DNA from: Deltaproteobacteria bacterium
GTDB taxonomy: Bacteria; Myxococcota_A; Polyangia; Polyangiales; JADJMO01
Direction: 5' to 3'
DNA: 64,000 bases
Assembly (NCBI GenBank): GCA_022843175.1
Contig: JALHOE010000001.1
Span: 70,988-134,987 of the forward strand
The notes under the pieces are model-generated. The model was given only the letters and a program-made list of their open reading frames with translations. It searched no databases and was not told the DNA's origin. How positions within the stretch are numbered: position 1 is the stretch's first letter; every line of letters begins with the position of its first letter. Of the stretch, positions 17,872-26,722 are shown in pieces. The translations under genes were made by a program, and so were the position numbers.

Positions 17872-18528
17872 ATGCGTGGCTTCGCGATCGCGATCGCAGT
17901 CGTCGCCCTCGGATGCAGCGGTAACCCGGACGACGCCCAGAGCGCCCCGACACGGGGAACGCTCGGCGGCGTCTGCTACGGCAACGACACATGCAACGCG
18001 GGCCTCGTGTGCGTCTCGAAGACCTGCGTAGCGACCGCTGACGATGCTGGAATCGTGGCGGATGCTCCGATCTCGACGGAGGCGAGCACCGTCCCGAGCT
18101 TCGAGCGGGACATCATCCCGATCTTCGAGACGTCATGCGGAGCGAATAACAGCGAGTGTCACTCGCGGGTCGCGTACCACCCCAAACCGGAGAACGGCTG
18201 CCGCGGATGGCTCGCGCTCGAGAATGCCGCCATCGGTTCGAAAGCGCCGGCCGGGCCCGACATCGGCAAGCCGACTGGCTGCCCCGACATGGCGCTCTAC
18301 GATCGGCTGACGAAGCTCGATTCGTGGGAATGCGGCGACCCCTACTTCCCGATGTTCACGAAGAGAAAGTACGTCGAGCCCGGGAAGCCGGCGACGAGCC
18401 ACTTGCTCAACAAGATGAACGGCGGCCCGCAATGCGGTGTCCCCAATCCGATGCCCAAGGGCGGCAAGGCGAGCGCCGCCGACATCGATGTGCTCACGCG
18501 ATGGATCCAGGCCGGCGCGCCGCGCTGA
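17872..18528 (+). CDS. Cys-containing lipoprotein of unknown function
   Basis: GGAGG SD; MRGFAIAIAVVALGC lipobox; GGVCYGNDTCNAGLVCVSKTC module; FERDIIPIFETSCG..ECH resembles the planctomycete cytochrome-c-like domain but has no CxxCH. Confidence 0.6.
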   Translation: MRGFAIAIAVVALGCSGNPDDAQSAPTRGTLGGVCYGNDTCNAGLVCVSKTCVATADDAGIVADAPISTEASTVPSFERDIIPIFETSCGANNSECHSRVAYHPKPENGCRGWLALENAAIGSKAPAGPDIGKPTGCPDMALYDRLTKLDSWECGDPYFPMFTKRKYVEPGKPATSHLLNKMNGGPQCGVPNPMPKGGKASAADIDVLTRWIQAGAPR

Positions 18529-18541
18529 AGGAGCGACGACG

Positions 18542-19405
18542 ATGAAACATGTTCTCGCGATCGTGGTCCTCTCGATGGGGTGCGGCGGCTCATCGGCCTC
18601 GTTGGCGGACGATCAGCCGGCCGAGGGAACGCGCGGCGGGCCCTGCTATCCGAACAACACCTGCAACGCCGGACTCGCGTGCGTCGCGAGTGTCTGCACC
18701 GAGAGCGATGCTGCGGCCGAAGAGACTGTGGCCGACGACACGGGCGCGGCGAGCGTCGACTCCGGCGCGCCGGTGGACGCGGTATCTGCCGACGCCGACG
18801 CCGCGCCGTCGGGGCCCTATGCGCAGACAACGTTCGCCGCGGCGTGCGACACGCTGGGCGACGGCACGAACGTCGTGGGCGCGAACGGCGACGACGAGTC
18901 CTCGGCCAAGCTCCCACTTCCGTTCGCCTTCAAGTACTTCGGTGTTCCGGTGACCCAGTACTCGATGACCTCGAACGGCTTCGCGCAACTGTGGGACGCG
19001 CCCAGTGGTTCACCCAGCAAGACGCCCGACAACGTCGCGATCCCCGCGAGCGGCGGGCCGAGCGGCATGGTCGCGCCCTTCTGGGACGATCTCGTCCCGC
19101 AGTTCAGCGAGGCCCGAGCGGGCACGCTCGGTACTGCGCCGAATCGCAGGTTCGTCATCTCGTGGGTCCACTGGACGATCAAGAGCGAGACCTCAACCCG
19201 GCTGACGTTCCAAGCGAAGTTCTTCGAGACGACGAACGTGATCGAGTTCCACTACTGCGCGATGGCGCCCGATGGCAACGCGCGTGCGACCGGCTCCTCG
19301 GCGACCATCGGGCTGCAGAACCTCGCGGGCACGGCCGGCGTCCAGATTTCGTTGAACACTACTGGGGCCGCGCCGACGGGGCGTGCGCTGCGGTTTACAC
19401 CCTAG
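18542..19405 (+). CDS. lipoprotein of unknown function sharing the N-terminal Cys module with the 17872 gene
   Basis: MKHVLAIVVLSMGC lipobox; GGPCYPNNTCNAGLACVASVC module; beta-rich C-terminal domain. Confidence 0.6.
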   Translation: MKHVLAIVVLSMGCGGSSASLADDQPAEGTRGGPCYPNNTCNAGLACVASVCTESDAAAEETVADDTGAASVDSGAPVDAVSADADAAPSGPYAQTTFAAACDTLGDGTNVVGANGDDESSAKLPLPFAFKYFGVPVTQYSMTSNGFAQLWDAPSGSPSKTPDNVAIPASGGPSGMVAPFWDDLVPQFSEARAGTLGTAPNRRFVISWVHWTIKSETSTRLTFQAKFFETTNVIEFHYCAMAPDGNARATGSSATIGLQNLAGTAGVQISLNTTGAAPTGRALRFTP

Positions 19406-19923
19406 AGATCGCTCGGCGGGGACCACACGCCACCGACGACGGTCGTCACGGGGGCGACGGCGACGCGGGCGCGGGAATCACCCGCGACGCGGACGACGCC
19501 ACCGATCGCGAGACGGTCGCCCACGTTTGCCGGCACGCTGAAGTGGATACAGCCACCGCCCGGCCCGATCTGATTGGCGCCCGTGAAGTCCTCGCGCGCG
19601 AGCACGCGGAGGACATCGCGGCCCGTCGATCGATCGACATAGACCATCGCGACGATGAACTCGTCGTCGTTGTGAGGATCGGGATCTGTCGGCTGCTGTT
19701 GGAGGGCGGTCGTCGCGACGTCCACCATCGTCACCCCGCGCGCCGCGTCGTACGTCGCGCGTGCGTACAAGAGGTGCTGCCCCTTTGGGCTCGAGGACGA
19801 CGATAGTGCTGCCTGCGCCGTGCCGACGAGCGCATCGTCGGGGTCTTCGGTCGCTGCTGCGCACGAAGACGTGCCGACCAAGAAGACGGCAAGTGCTGAA
19901 CGGAGCGTCGTAGAAGCGGCCAT
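19402..19923 (-). CDS. lipoprotein of unknown function
   Basis: MAASTTLRSALAVFLVGTSSC lipobox; 173-aa ORF. Confidence 0.5.
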   Translation of the reverse strand: MAASTTLRSALAVFLVGTSSCAAATEDPDDALVGTAQAALSSSSSPKGQHLLYARATYDAARGVTMVDVATTALQQQPTDPDPHNDDEFIVAMVYVDRSTGRDVLRVLAREDFTGANQIGPGGGCIHFSVPANVGDRLAIGGVVRVAGDSRARVAVAPVTTVVGGVWSPPSDL

Positions 19924-19993
19924 GCGATCACCTCGCGACAGGGTGGACTCAGCATAGCTGCCGCGTCAGCGAGTGCACGCGCTCGCTGTCGGT

Positions 19994-20010
19994 GTGACCT
20001 CGCGGGTCAC
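19994..20010. promoter_or_regulatory. GTGAC-N7-GTCAC dyad (copy 10)
   Basis: perfect gtgacctcgcgggtcac; 71 bp upstream of ATG 19923 (minus strand). Confidence 0.6.
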
Positions 20011-20023
20011 GCGTGGCCGCCAC

Positions 20024-21028
20024 TTACTCGATGCGCGCCATCATCACGGTCTTGTAGACCGCGGTCGGGCTGGTGCCGCCGGTCCAGTAATACGCGCGGG
20101 GCGCACCGGTCGAGTCGATCTTGAGGCCGATCGAGCCCTGTCCCACACCGGTGGAGGAGGTCCCGCGGCTGTCCCACGCCTTGTACGCGTGCGGCGTCGA
20201 GGTGCTGTCGATGATGGGAACGATCCACTCGCTACGGTCGGCCCGACCCGCGCGCGGGTAGTCCCGCACGATCATGATGTGACCGGTGTTCGGATTGTCC
20301 GAACCGTACTTCCACACGACCATGTCGCCCGGCTTCAAGTTCTTGACGGAGGTGATCCGTCGCCAGCGCGCCGACGTCTGCGTCGAAGCGCTCGTGTAGC
20401 GCGTCGCGATGTAGTTGAAGTAGTCCTCCGCGAGTGGCTTCGATCGCCAGCTCGGGAACGGCACCTTGTCGTACGCCTCGCGAAGCACGCGTTTGAGCAT
20501 GTAGCCCGTGAGGCCAGAGCAGTCCGTGCGGCGCGTGCCCGTGGACTCGTTCATGTACGTCGTGTGCGAGTAGTACGAGCTCGAGCGGTTCAGAAAGTCG
20601 GCGATGCGCTGCGCCTCGTTCTTCAGGATCGTGCCGCGCGTGCCGAGGAGAGCGTCGCTCGTTTGAGCGATGCCGCCCCCGACGTCGCCGTCGGTGTCAG
20701 CGACCGTTGGCGGACGATCCTGTCCGCCGACCGCCTCCGCGTAGCCGGGATCCCCCGCCTCCGTTCCCTCCACCTTCGTGTCATTCTCGAGCTCGCTGAG
20801 CGGAACGCCGTCCGCATTGAGGGCGACCTCGTCGTTCGGACCATTCTCGCCCGCAGCGATCGGAGCGTCGCCCGCACTCTCGTTGGCGGACGCGGGCGGG
20901 GTCGCTTCGCTGCTTGCGGTCGACGGCTGCGCGCCGTCGTTGGAGCCATCGCCACCACCGCACGCCACGAGAGCGACGCAGGGGACCGCGACGATCAGAG
21001 AACGGAAGAGTGTGTCGAAGGGCCTCAT
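20024..21028 (-). CDS. lipoprotein with a C-terminal NlpC/P60-like (papain-fold) domain
   Basis: lipobox ALVAC; acidic low-complexity linker; candidate catalytic RRTDCSGLTGY (Cys) and NTGHIMIV (His). Confidence 0.5.
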   Translation of the reverse strand: MRPFDTLFRSLIVAVPCVALVACGGGDGSNDGAQPSTASSEATPPASANESAGDAPIAAGENGPNDEVALNADGVPLSELENDTKVEGTEAGDPGYAEAVGGQDRPPTVADTDGDVGGGIAQTSDALLGTRGTILKNEAQRIADFLNRSSSYYSHTTYMNESTGTRRTDCSGLTGYMLKRVLREAYDKVPFPSWRSKPLAEDYFNYIATRYTSASTQTSARWRRITSVKNLKPGDMVVWKYGSDNPNTGHIMIVRDYPRAGRADRSEWIVPIIDSTSTPHAYKAWDSRGTSSTGVGQGSIGLKIDSTGAPRAYYWTGGTSPTAVYKTVMMARIE

Positions 21029-21144
21029 GCGGTGTCTCTAAAACGACAGCCGCAGGCCGAAAGGGAGCAGAGGTGCGCACGTACGGAACAAGTGCGCCTC
21101 GACAGTCGATGACCTCGAGTGCGCAGCTTCCCGAGCCCGACCAC

Positions 21145-21176
21145 TTGACCCTGTACCAATGTACGGGCGCTACAGT
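21145..21176 (+). promoter_or_regulatory. MerR-type promoter/operator (TTGACC - 20 bp with TGTAC-N4-GTACg dyad - TACAGT)
   Basis: cttgaccctgtaccaatgtacgggcgctacagt closely resembles the classic mer operator layout (TTGACT ccgtacatgagtacggaag TAAGGT, from memory) and the promoter at 40493-40523. Confidence 0.5.
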
Positions 21177-21281
21177 CTTCCCAATGGGAATTTCCGCACG
21201 GGCGAGGTTACACGAGCAGCAGGGGTCAACGTCCAAACGCTGCGGTTCTATGAGCGCGAGGGCATCCTTCCGCCTCCGCGC
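21159..21281 (+). pseudogene. truncated merR-family gene (N-terminal HTH only)
   Basis: encodes ...FRTGEVTRAAGVNVQTLRFYEREGILPPPR, matching the HTH of the intact MerR at 40070-40483; the family signature then stops and the frame degenerates. Confidence 0.5.
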
Positions 21282-21454
21282 GCTCGAGCATCTTCTCGAT
21301 GTCGGCCTCGACCTGCGCGTGCCTCTCGCCGATGTGTGTGAACCGTCCGACGACGAAGCCGACGGATAGACTCGCGATGGCGACGACGCCCGCGATGACG
21401 ATGGTACGCGACACACGCCTGGCGTAAACCGGCTCGCCTGCGCCGGAAAGCGCC

Positions 21455-22390
21455 TCAGCGGCGGAGACGGTCGAGTGGCACCAGCGGCGGCGCCGGTGAC
21501 TCCGGTTGGATCGTGACGTGCTCGATCGCGTGCTGCGCGCGGATGCGATCGACGACCGCGCCCGCGACCTCGACGCCGTGGTTGCCCGGCTTCAGCACGA
21601 CGTGCGCGCTCACGAGCGGATAGCCATCCGCGATCGACCACGCGTGGAGATCGTGCACCTCGGCCACACCGGGCGTTTCCCGGATGGTCTTCTCGATCTC
21701 GACCGGGTCGACTCCGTGTGGAGTCGTCTCGAGGAGCACGAGCGTCGTGCCACGAACGAGCCCCCACGACCCCCACAAGATCAGGAGCGAGATTATGATC
21801 GACACGATCGGATCGGCCCGCGTCCACCCGAACCACACGACGGCCGCGCCCGCGATCATCGCTGCTACCGAGCCGGCGGCATCGGCAAGCACGTGAGCGA
21901 GCGCAGCACGGAGGTTGGCGCTGTGTTGGCCGCGCGAAAGCACCCACGCCGAGATCAGATTGATGACGAGGCCCGTGGATGCGACGACGAGCATCCACCC
22001 TCCGGCGACGACCGGCGGGGCGCGAAATCGCCTCACTGCCTCGACGATGACCCACACGGCGCTCACGCCGAGGACCACACCGTTGACGAGCGCGGCGAGC
22101 GTCTCCGCGCGGCGTAGACCGAACGTGTACTTCGCCGTGCGAGGTCGATCCGCGAGGCGCTGCGCGAGGACCGCAATCCCGAGCGCAGCGGCGTCCGTCA
22201 ACATGTGGCCGGCGTCCGAGAGGAGCGCGAGGCTGCCCGTGAGCCATCCCGCGATCGCTTCGACCACGAGGAACGTCGTGGTGAGTGCGAGCGCCGTCAG
22301 TAGACGCGAGGCCGGCGACTGCGCATGCGAGTGCGGGCCATGGCTGTGAGCGCCCTGATCGTGATCGTGCGCGGAGTCGTGCTCTCCCAT
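21455..22390 (-). CDS. czcD: cation diffusion facilitator (CzcD/ZitB-like) with a His-rich N-terminus
   Basis: HDHDQGAHSHGPHSH tail; CDF motifs LLSDAGHMLTDAAAL and HVLADAAGS; C-terminal HDLHAWS domain. Confidence 0.9.
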   Translation of the reverse strand: MGEHDSAHDHDQGAHSHGPHSHAQSPASRLLTALALTTTFLVVEAIAGWLTGSLALLSDAGHMLTDAAALGIAVLAQRLADRPRTAKYTFGLRRAETLAALVNGVVLGVSAVWVIVEAVRRFRAPPVVAGGWMLVVASTGLVINLISAWVLSRGQHSANLRAALAHVLADAAGSVAAMIAGAAVVWFGWTRADPIVSIIISLLILWGSWGLVRGTTLVLLETTPHGVDPVEIEKTIRETPGVAEVHDLHAWSIADGYPLVSAHVVLKPGNHGVEVAGAVVDRIRAQHAIEHVTIQPESPAPPLVPLDRLRR

Positions 22391-22391
22391 A

Positions 22392-25300
22392 TCAGCCTCC
22401 TTCCTGCACGCGAGGAGGTCTCGCGAGCGCCGCGTAGACGACCGGCAGCACGAGCAGGGTGAGAACGGTCGCGGAGATCAGCCCGCCGATGACGACGGTC
22501 GCGAGAGGCCGCTGCACCTCGCTCCCCGGCGCGGTGGACAGTGCCATCGGAACGAACCCGAGGGACGCGACCAAGGCCGTCATGAGGACCGGGCGCAGTC
22601 GCATCTCGGATGCCTGTCGAATCGCCTGCACATGATCGACGCCCTCGGCCTCGAGGTGCCGCGCGAACGACACGAGGACGAGGCCGTTGAGCACGGCGAC
22701 ACCGAAGAGCGCGATGAACCCGACACCGGCCGAGATCGAGAACGGAATACTCCGCAACCACAGCGCGAAGACTCCACCGACGATCGCAAACGGCACGTTG
22801 ATGAAGATGAGCGCTCCCGCACGGAGGTCGCGGAATGCCAGCCACAGCATGAACATGATCAGACCGAGCGCGAGGGGAACGACGAGTGTCAGGCGATCGC
22901 GCGCCTCGGTGTAGTGCTCGAACTGCCCGCCCCACTCGACGTGGTACGCGGTGGGCAGCTTGATCTCGCGCTGCACGGCGGCCTGCGCCTCGCCGACAAC
23001 CGATAACAGGTCCCGCTTACGCACGTTGAACTCGACGGTGATGCGCCGCGACTGCTTCTCGCGGCTGATCTGCGCCGGGCCCGTGGTGAACTTGAGATCG
23101 GCGAGGTCGCCAAGGGGTACGACCTGTCCGGTCACCGATCGCAGCGGCAGAGACAGCAGTGACTCCATGCTGTCGGCGACGGAGTGCTGCGTCTTGATGA
23201 CGATCCCGAAGCGGCGCTCTCCCTCGAGCACCTCGCCCACGTGATGACCCACGGCGAGCGTCTCGGTGACGATGTTCACGTCCTCGATCGTGAGTCCGTA
23301 GCGGGCGAGCTTCGCGCGATCGGGCTGCACGCGCAGGTACTGGAGACCAGCCACCTGCTCGAGGCGGACATCGGTCGCTCCGGGGATCTTGCGCACCACG
23401 TCCGCGATTTTCGAGCCGATCGTGGCCAGCTCCGCGAGATCGCGACCGTAGACCAGGACCGCGACGTCGGAGCGGATCCCGGCAACGAGCTCGTTGGTGC
23501 GCATCTGGATGGGCTGCGACACCGCACCAGCGATCTCGGGCACGTCATGCTCGACGATCTCGGAGATCTGTTTCGCGAGTGACTCCTTGGTGACGCCCGC
23601 GCGCCACTCCTTCGGTGGCTTGAGGGTCACGTACACATCCGACTGCTCGACGCCCATCGGATCCGTCGCGACCTCGGGCGCGCCCGCGCGACTGACAACG
23701 GCCGCGACCTCGGGGATCTTCTTGATCGCCGCTTCGAGACGAAGGTCGGTCGCGACGGTGTTGCTGAGCGCAATGCCCGGAAGGCGGCGCGCTTCGACGA
23801 GCAGGTCGCCCTCATCGAGCTGCGGCACGAACTCAGCGCCGACGTGGCCGAAGAGCAGGCTCGCGACCGCGAGCGCCGCGACCGCGCCGGCCAATGGGAT
23901 CCATCGTCGTCTCAGTGCAGCGTCGAGGATCGGCGCGTAGACGGCGCGTGCACGACGAATCAGCCATGTCTCGTGCGAGCCCGGCTTCGGTCGCACGAAG
24001 AAGCTCGTGAGCACGGGAACGACTGTGAGCGAGAGCACGAACGCGCCGGCGAGCGCGAAGAGCACCGTGATGGCCATCGGCCGGAACAGCTTCCCCTCGA
24101 CACCCGTGAGCGCGAGGATCGGCAGGTACACGATCGCGATGATCGCCTCGCCAAAGACGCTCGCGGAACGAACCTCCAGCGTCGACGCGCGCACAACGTC
24201 GATCCTTTCCTCGTTATCGAGAGGCCGTCCGAGCTCGCCCGCGCGTTCTCCCAGCCTACGCACTGCGTTCTCCACGATGATCACGGCGCCGTCGACGATC
24301 AAACCGAAGTCGATCGCGCCGAGACTCATCAGGTTCCCCGATTGCCCCGTCGCGTTCATGAGGATGACGGCGAAGAGCATCGCCAGCGGGATGGTGGTCG
24401 CGACCACGAGTCCGGCGCGCAGATCGCCGAGGAGGACGAGCAGCACGAAGATGACGAGCGCCGCGCCCTCTGCGAGATTCTTCGCCACCGTCTTGATCGT
24501 GCGCTCGACGAGGACCGATCGATCGTAGAAGGACTCGATCTTCGTTCCCGCCGGCAACGTCGACTCGATGGCGGCGAGCTTCGTCTTGACCGCCTCGGTG
24601 ACGACGCGGGAGTTCTCGCCCATGAGCATCAACGCGACACCGATGACCACCTCGCCCTTTCCGTTCATCGACGCGGCGCCACGGCGGAGCCTCGCGCCAA
24701 AACGGATGTCGCCGACGGTCGCGAGCGTGATCGGAACCCCTTGCGAGGTCGCGCCGATCACGACGTTTCGCAGATCGTCGAGATCCTTGACGAGCCCTGT
24801 GGTGCCAATGACGAACTGCTCGCCCTCGTGTTCGATGTAGCCGCCGCCAGCGTTCGCGTTCGACTTCTCGAGCGCCTCGGCGACCTGCGTGATCGAGACA
24901 CCGGCGGCCTGCAGCCGCTTCGGGTCGAGGATGATCTGGTACTGGCGATCCTCGCCACCGAAGCTGTTCACCTCGACGACCCCCGGCACGGTGCGGAGCT
25001 GCGGCGCGATCTGCCAGTCGAGCACCTCCTCGACCTGCATGAGCGTCATGTGCTCGTTGCGCACGACGAACTGGTAGACCTCGCCGAGGCCCGTCGTGAT
25101 AGGCCCCATGTCCGGCCGTCCGTAGCGCGATGGCACCTTCTCCTGCGCCTCGCGGATCCTCTCGCCGACGAGCTGCCGCGCAAAGTAGATGTTCACGTCG
25201 TCGCGGAAAACGACCGTGACCACGCTGAGACCGTACTTCGACACGCTCCGAACCTGTGTCGATCCGGGGATGCCGGCCATCGAACGCTCGACCGGCACGG

Positions 25301-25505
25301 TGACGTACTGCTCGACCTCGAGCGGCGAGAGCGCGGGCGCCGCGGTGATGACCTGGACCTGGACGTTCGTGACGTCCGGCACCGCGTCGATCGGCAGCGT
25401 GAGCGCGGATCGAATGCCGAGCACGATGAGCAAGAGCGTCGCGAGCGTCACGACGGCGCGATTGCGCAGCGACCATTCGACGATTGCGGCGAGGAAGCGC
25501 ATCAC
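22392..25505 (-). CDS. czcA: HME-RND efflux pump, CzcA-type (divalent cation)
   Basis: 1037 aa with 12-TM RND architecture; signature GAIDFGLIVDGAVIIVEN typical of CzcA-type pumps. Confidence 0.9.
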   Translation of the reverse strand: MMRFLAAIVEWSLRNRAVVTLATLLLIVLGIRSALTLPIDAVPDVTNVQVQVITAAPALSPLEVEQYVTVPVERSMAGIPGSTQVRSVSKYGLSVVTVVFRDDVNIYFARQLVGERIREAQEKVPSRYGRPDMGPITTGLGEVYQFVVRNEHMTLMQVEEVLDWQIAPQLRTVPGVVEVNSFGGEDRQYQIILDPKRLQAAGVSITQVAEALEKSNANAGGGYIEHEGEQFVIGTTGLVKDLDDLRNVVIGATSQGVPITLATVGDIRFGARLRRGAASMNGKGEVVIGVALMLMGENSRVVTEAVKTKLAAIESTLPAGTKIESFYDRSVLVERTIKTVAKNLAEGAALVIFVLLVLLGDLRAGLVVATTIPLAMLFAVILMNATGQSGNLMSLGAIDFGLIVDGAVIIVENAVRRLGERAGELGRPLDNEERIDVVRASTLEVRSASVFGEAIIAIVYLPILALTGVEGKLFRPMAITVLFALAGAFVLSLTVVPVLTSFFVRPKPGSHETWLIRRARAVYAPILDAALRRRWIPLAGAVAALAVASLLFGHVGAEFVPQLDEGDLLVEARRLPGIALSNTVATDLRLEAAIKKIPEVAAVVSRAGAPEVATDPMGVEQSDVYVTLKPPKEWRAGVTKESLAKQISEIVEHDVPEIAGAVSQPIQMRTNELVAGIRSDVAVLVYGRDLAELATIGSKIADVVRKIPGATDVRLEQVAGLQYLRVQPDRAKLARYGLTIEDVNIVTETLAVGHHVGEVLEGERRFGIVIKTQHSVADSMESLLSLPLRSVTGQVVPLGDLADLKFTTGPAQISREKQSRRITVEFNVRKRDLLSVVGEAQAAVQREIKLPTAYHVEWGGQFEHYTEARDRLTLVVPLALGLIMFMLWLAFRDLRAGALIFINVPFAIVGGVFALWLRSIPFSISAGVGFIALFGVAVLNGLVLVSFARHLEAEGVDHVQAIRQASEMRLRPVLMTALVASLGFVPMALSTAPGSEVQRPLATVVIGGLISATVLTLLVLPVVYAALARPPRVQEGG

Positions 25506-26722
25506 TCCTCCTCCGCGAACGTCGATTTCAGCACGGCGCTCTTCAGCGTGAAGACGCCGCTAATGACGACCTGCTCGCCCTCGCGGAGGCCGGCGAGGAC
25601 TTCGACCTTTCCGATGCCCGACGTACCGAGGACGACCTCGTGCAGCTCGAAGTCGTCGTCTGGATGACGGACGAACACCACGCTCTTCCCGCCGATCTGG
25701 GTGACCGCGCTCCTCGGGACGACGAGCGTGGGCGGCTTGTCGACGGTCTCCTGCGTCGCGACGTGAGCGACTCCGAACAGCCCGATGCGCAGCTTGGCGT
25801 CGGCGTTCGCGAGCTTGATCCGCGCCGTCACCGTACGCGCCGCCGGATCGACCTGGAAGCCGACGACGTCGAGCGATCCGGGAAAGCGAACGCCGGGGTG
25901 GGCGTTCAGCTCGATCTCGGCGGGCGCTCCGATCGCGACCTGATGGAGGTCGTGTTCGAAGAGGCGCGCGATGAACCACACTTCCTTGAGATCCGCGATC
26001 GAGCCGACGCTCTCGTCGGCGGTGATGGGCTGGCCGACGACGGCGTTGCGCGCCAGCACCGTGCCGTCGATCGGAGCGCGAAGCGTGAGCTTCACGGCGC
26101 CGGTCGCACCTCCCATCGCGGCTAGTTCCGCGCCGAGCGCGGAAGCTTCGGCCTCGAGCGACGTTGCTTCAGCCTCGGCCTCGGCGAGCGCCTTTTTCGA
26201 GGCAATGCCCTCGCCCTCGAGCTCCTTCAGGCGTGTCGCCTGCGCCCGCGCGGCCTTTGCTCGCGCCATCGCGGATACATGCGCGGCACGAATGCGCGCG
26301 AGCTCGGGCACGCGGATGACGACGAGCGGATCGCCCTTCTTGACGTTCGCGCCGTCGAGGAACGTGACCTCTTCGATCCTTCCTGCGACCGGCGCCGCGA
26401 TCCTCGCCGACCTGTCCGGGTGCGCGGCAATCTCGCCGGGGAGCTCGACCTGCGCGCGCAGGACTTCCTTCTTCACGGGCTCGTTGCGGATCCCCGCCGC
26501 AGTGATCACCTGCGGCTGAAGCCTCACCCGTTTCGCCAGCCCGGCATGCGCGGGCTCGTCGTCGTGTTCGGGTTCAGAAGCGGCCGGCGCAGGGACGACA
26601 TTGGGCGCGGCGCGGTATCCGGCGCGATAGGCGATGACGCCTGTGGCAGCCATCGCGAGGAGAAGAACGACGCCGAGCGCGTTCATGCGCGCGCGGGAGA
26701 CTCGGATGTCGTCGTCGCTCAT
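25502..26722 (-). CDS. czcB: RND membrane fusion protein (CzcB-like)
   Basis: 406 aa; TM anchor, coiled-coil hairpin (AKAARAQATRLKELEGEG..AEAEATSLEAEA), beta-barrel domains; 4-nt overlaps with neighbours. Confidence 0.85.
   Translation of the reverse strand: MSDDDIRVSRARMNALGVVLLLAMAATGVIAYRAGYRAAPNVVPAPAASEPEHDDEPAHAGLAKRVRLQPQVITAAGIRNEPVKKEVLRAQVELPGEIAAHPDRSARIAAPVAGRIEEVTFLDGANVKKGDPLVVIRVPELARIRAAHVSAMARAKAARAQATRLKELEGEGIASKKALAEAEAEATSLEAEASALGAELAAMGGATGAVKLTLRAPIDGTVLARNAVVGQPITADESVGSIADLKEVWFIARLFEHDLHQVAIGAPAEIELNAHPGVRFPGSLDVVGFQVDPAARTVTARIKLANADAKLRIGLFGVAHVATQETVDKPPTLVVPRSAVTQIGGKSVVFVRHPDDDFELHEVVLGTSGIGKVEVLAGLREGEQVVISGVFTLKSAVLKSTFAEEE

Noticed and set aside
21226-21414. 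A 62-aa minus-strand ORF (MSRTIVIAGVVAIASLSVGFVVGRF...) after the CDF gene.
   Set aside because: It has one plausible TM helix but no recognisable family. It overlaps the merR stump, and no clear SD was seen. Support is too weak to list as a feature.
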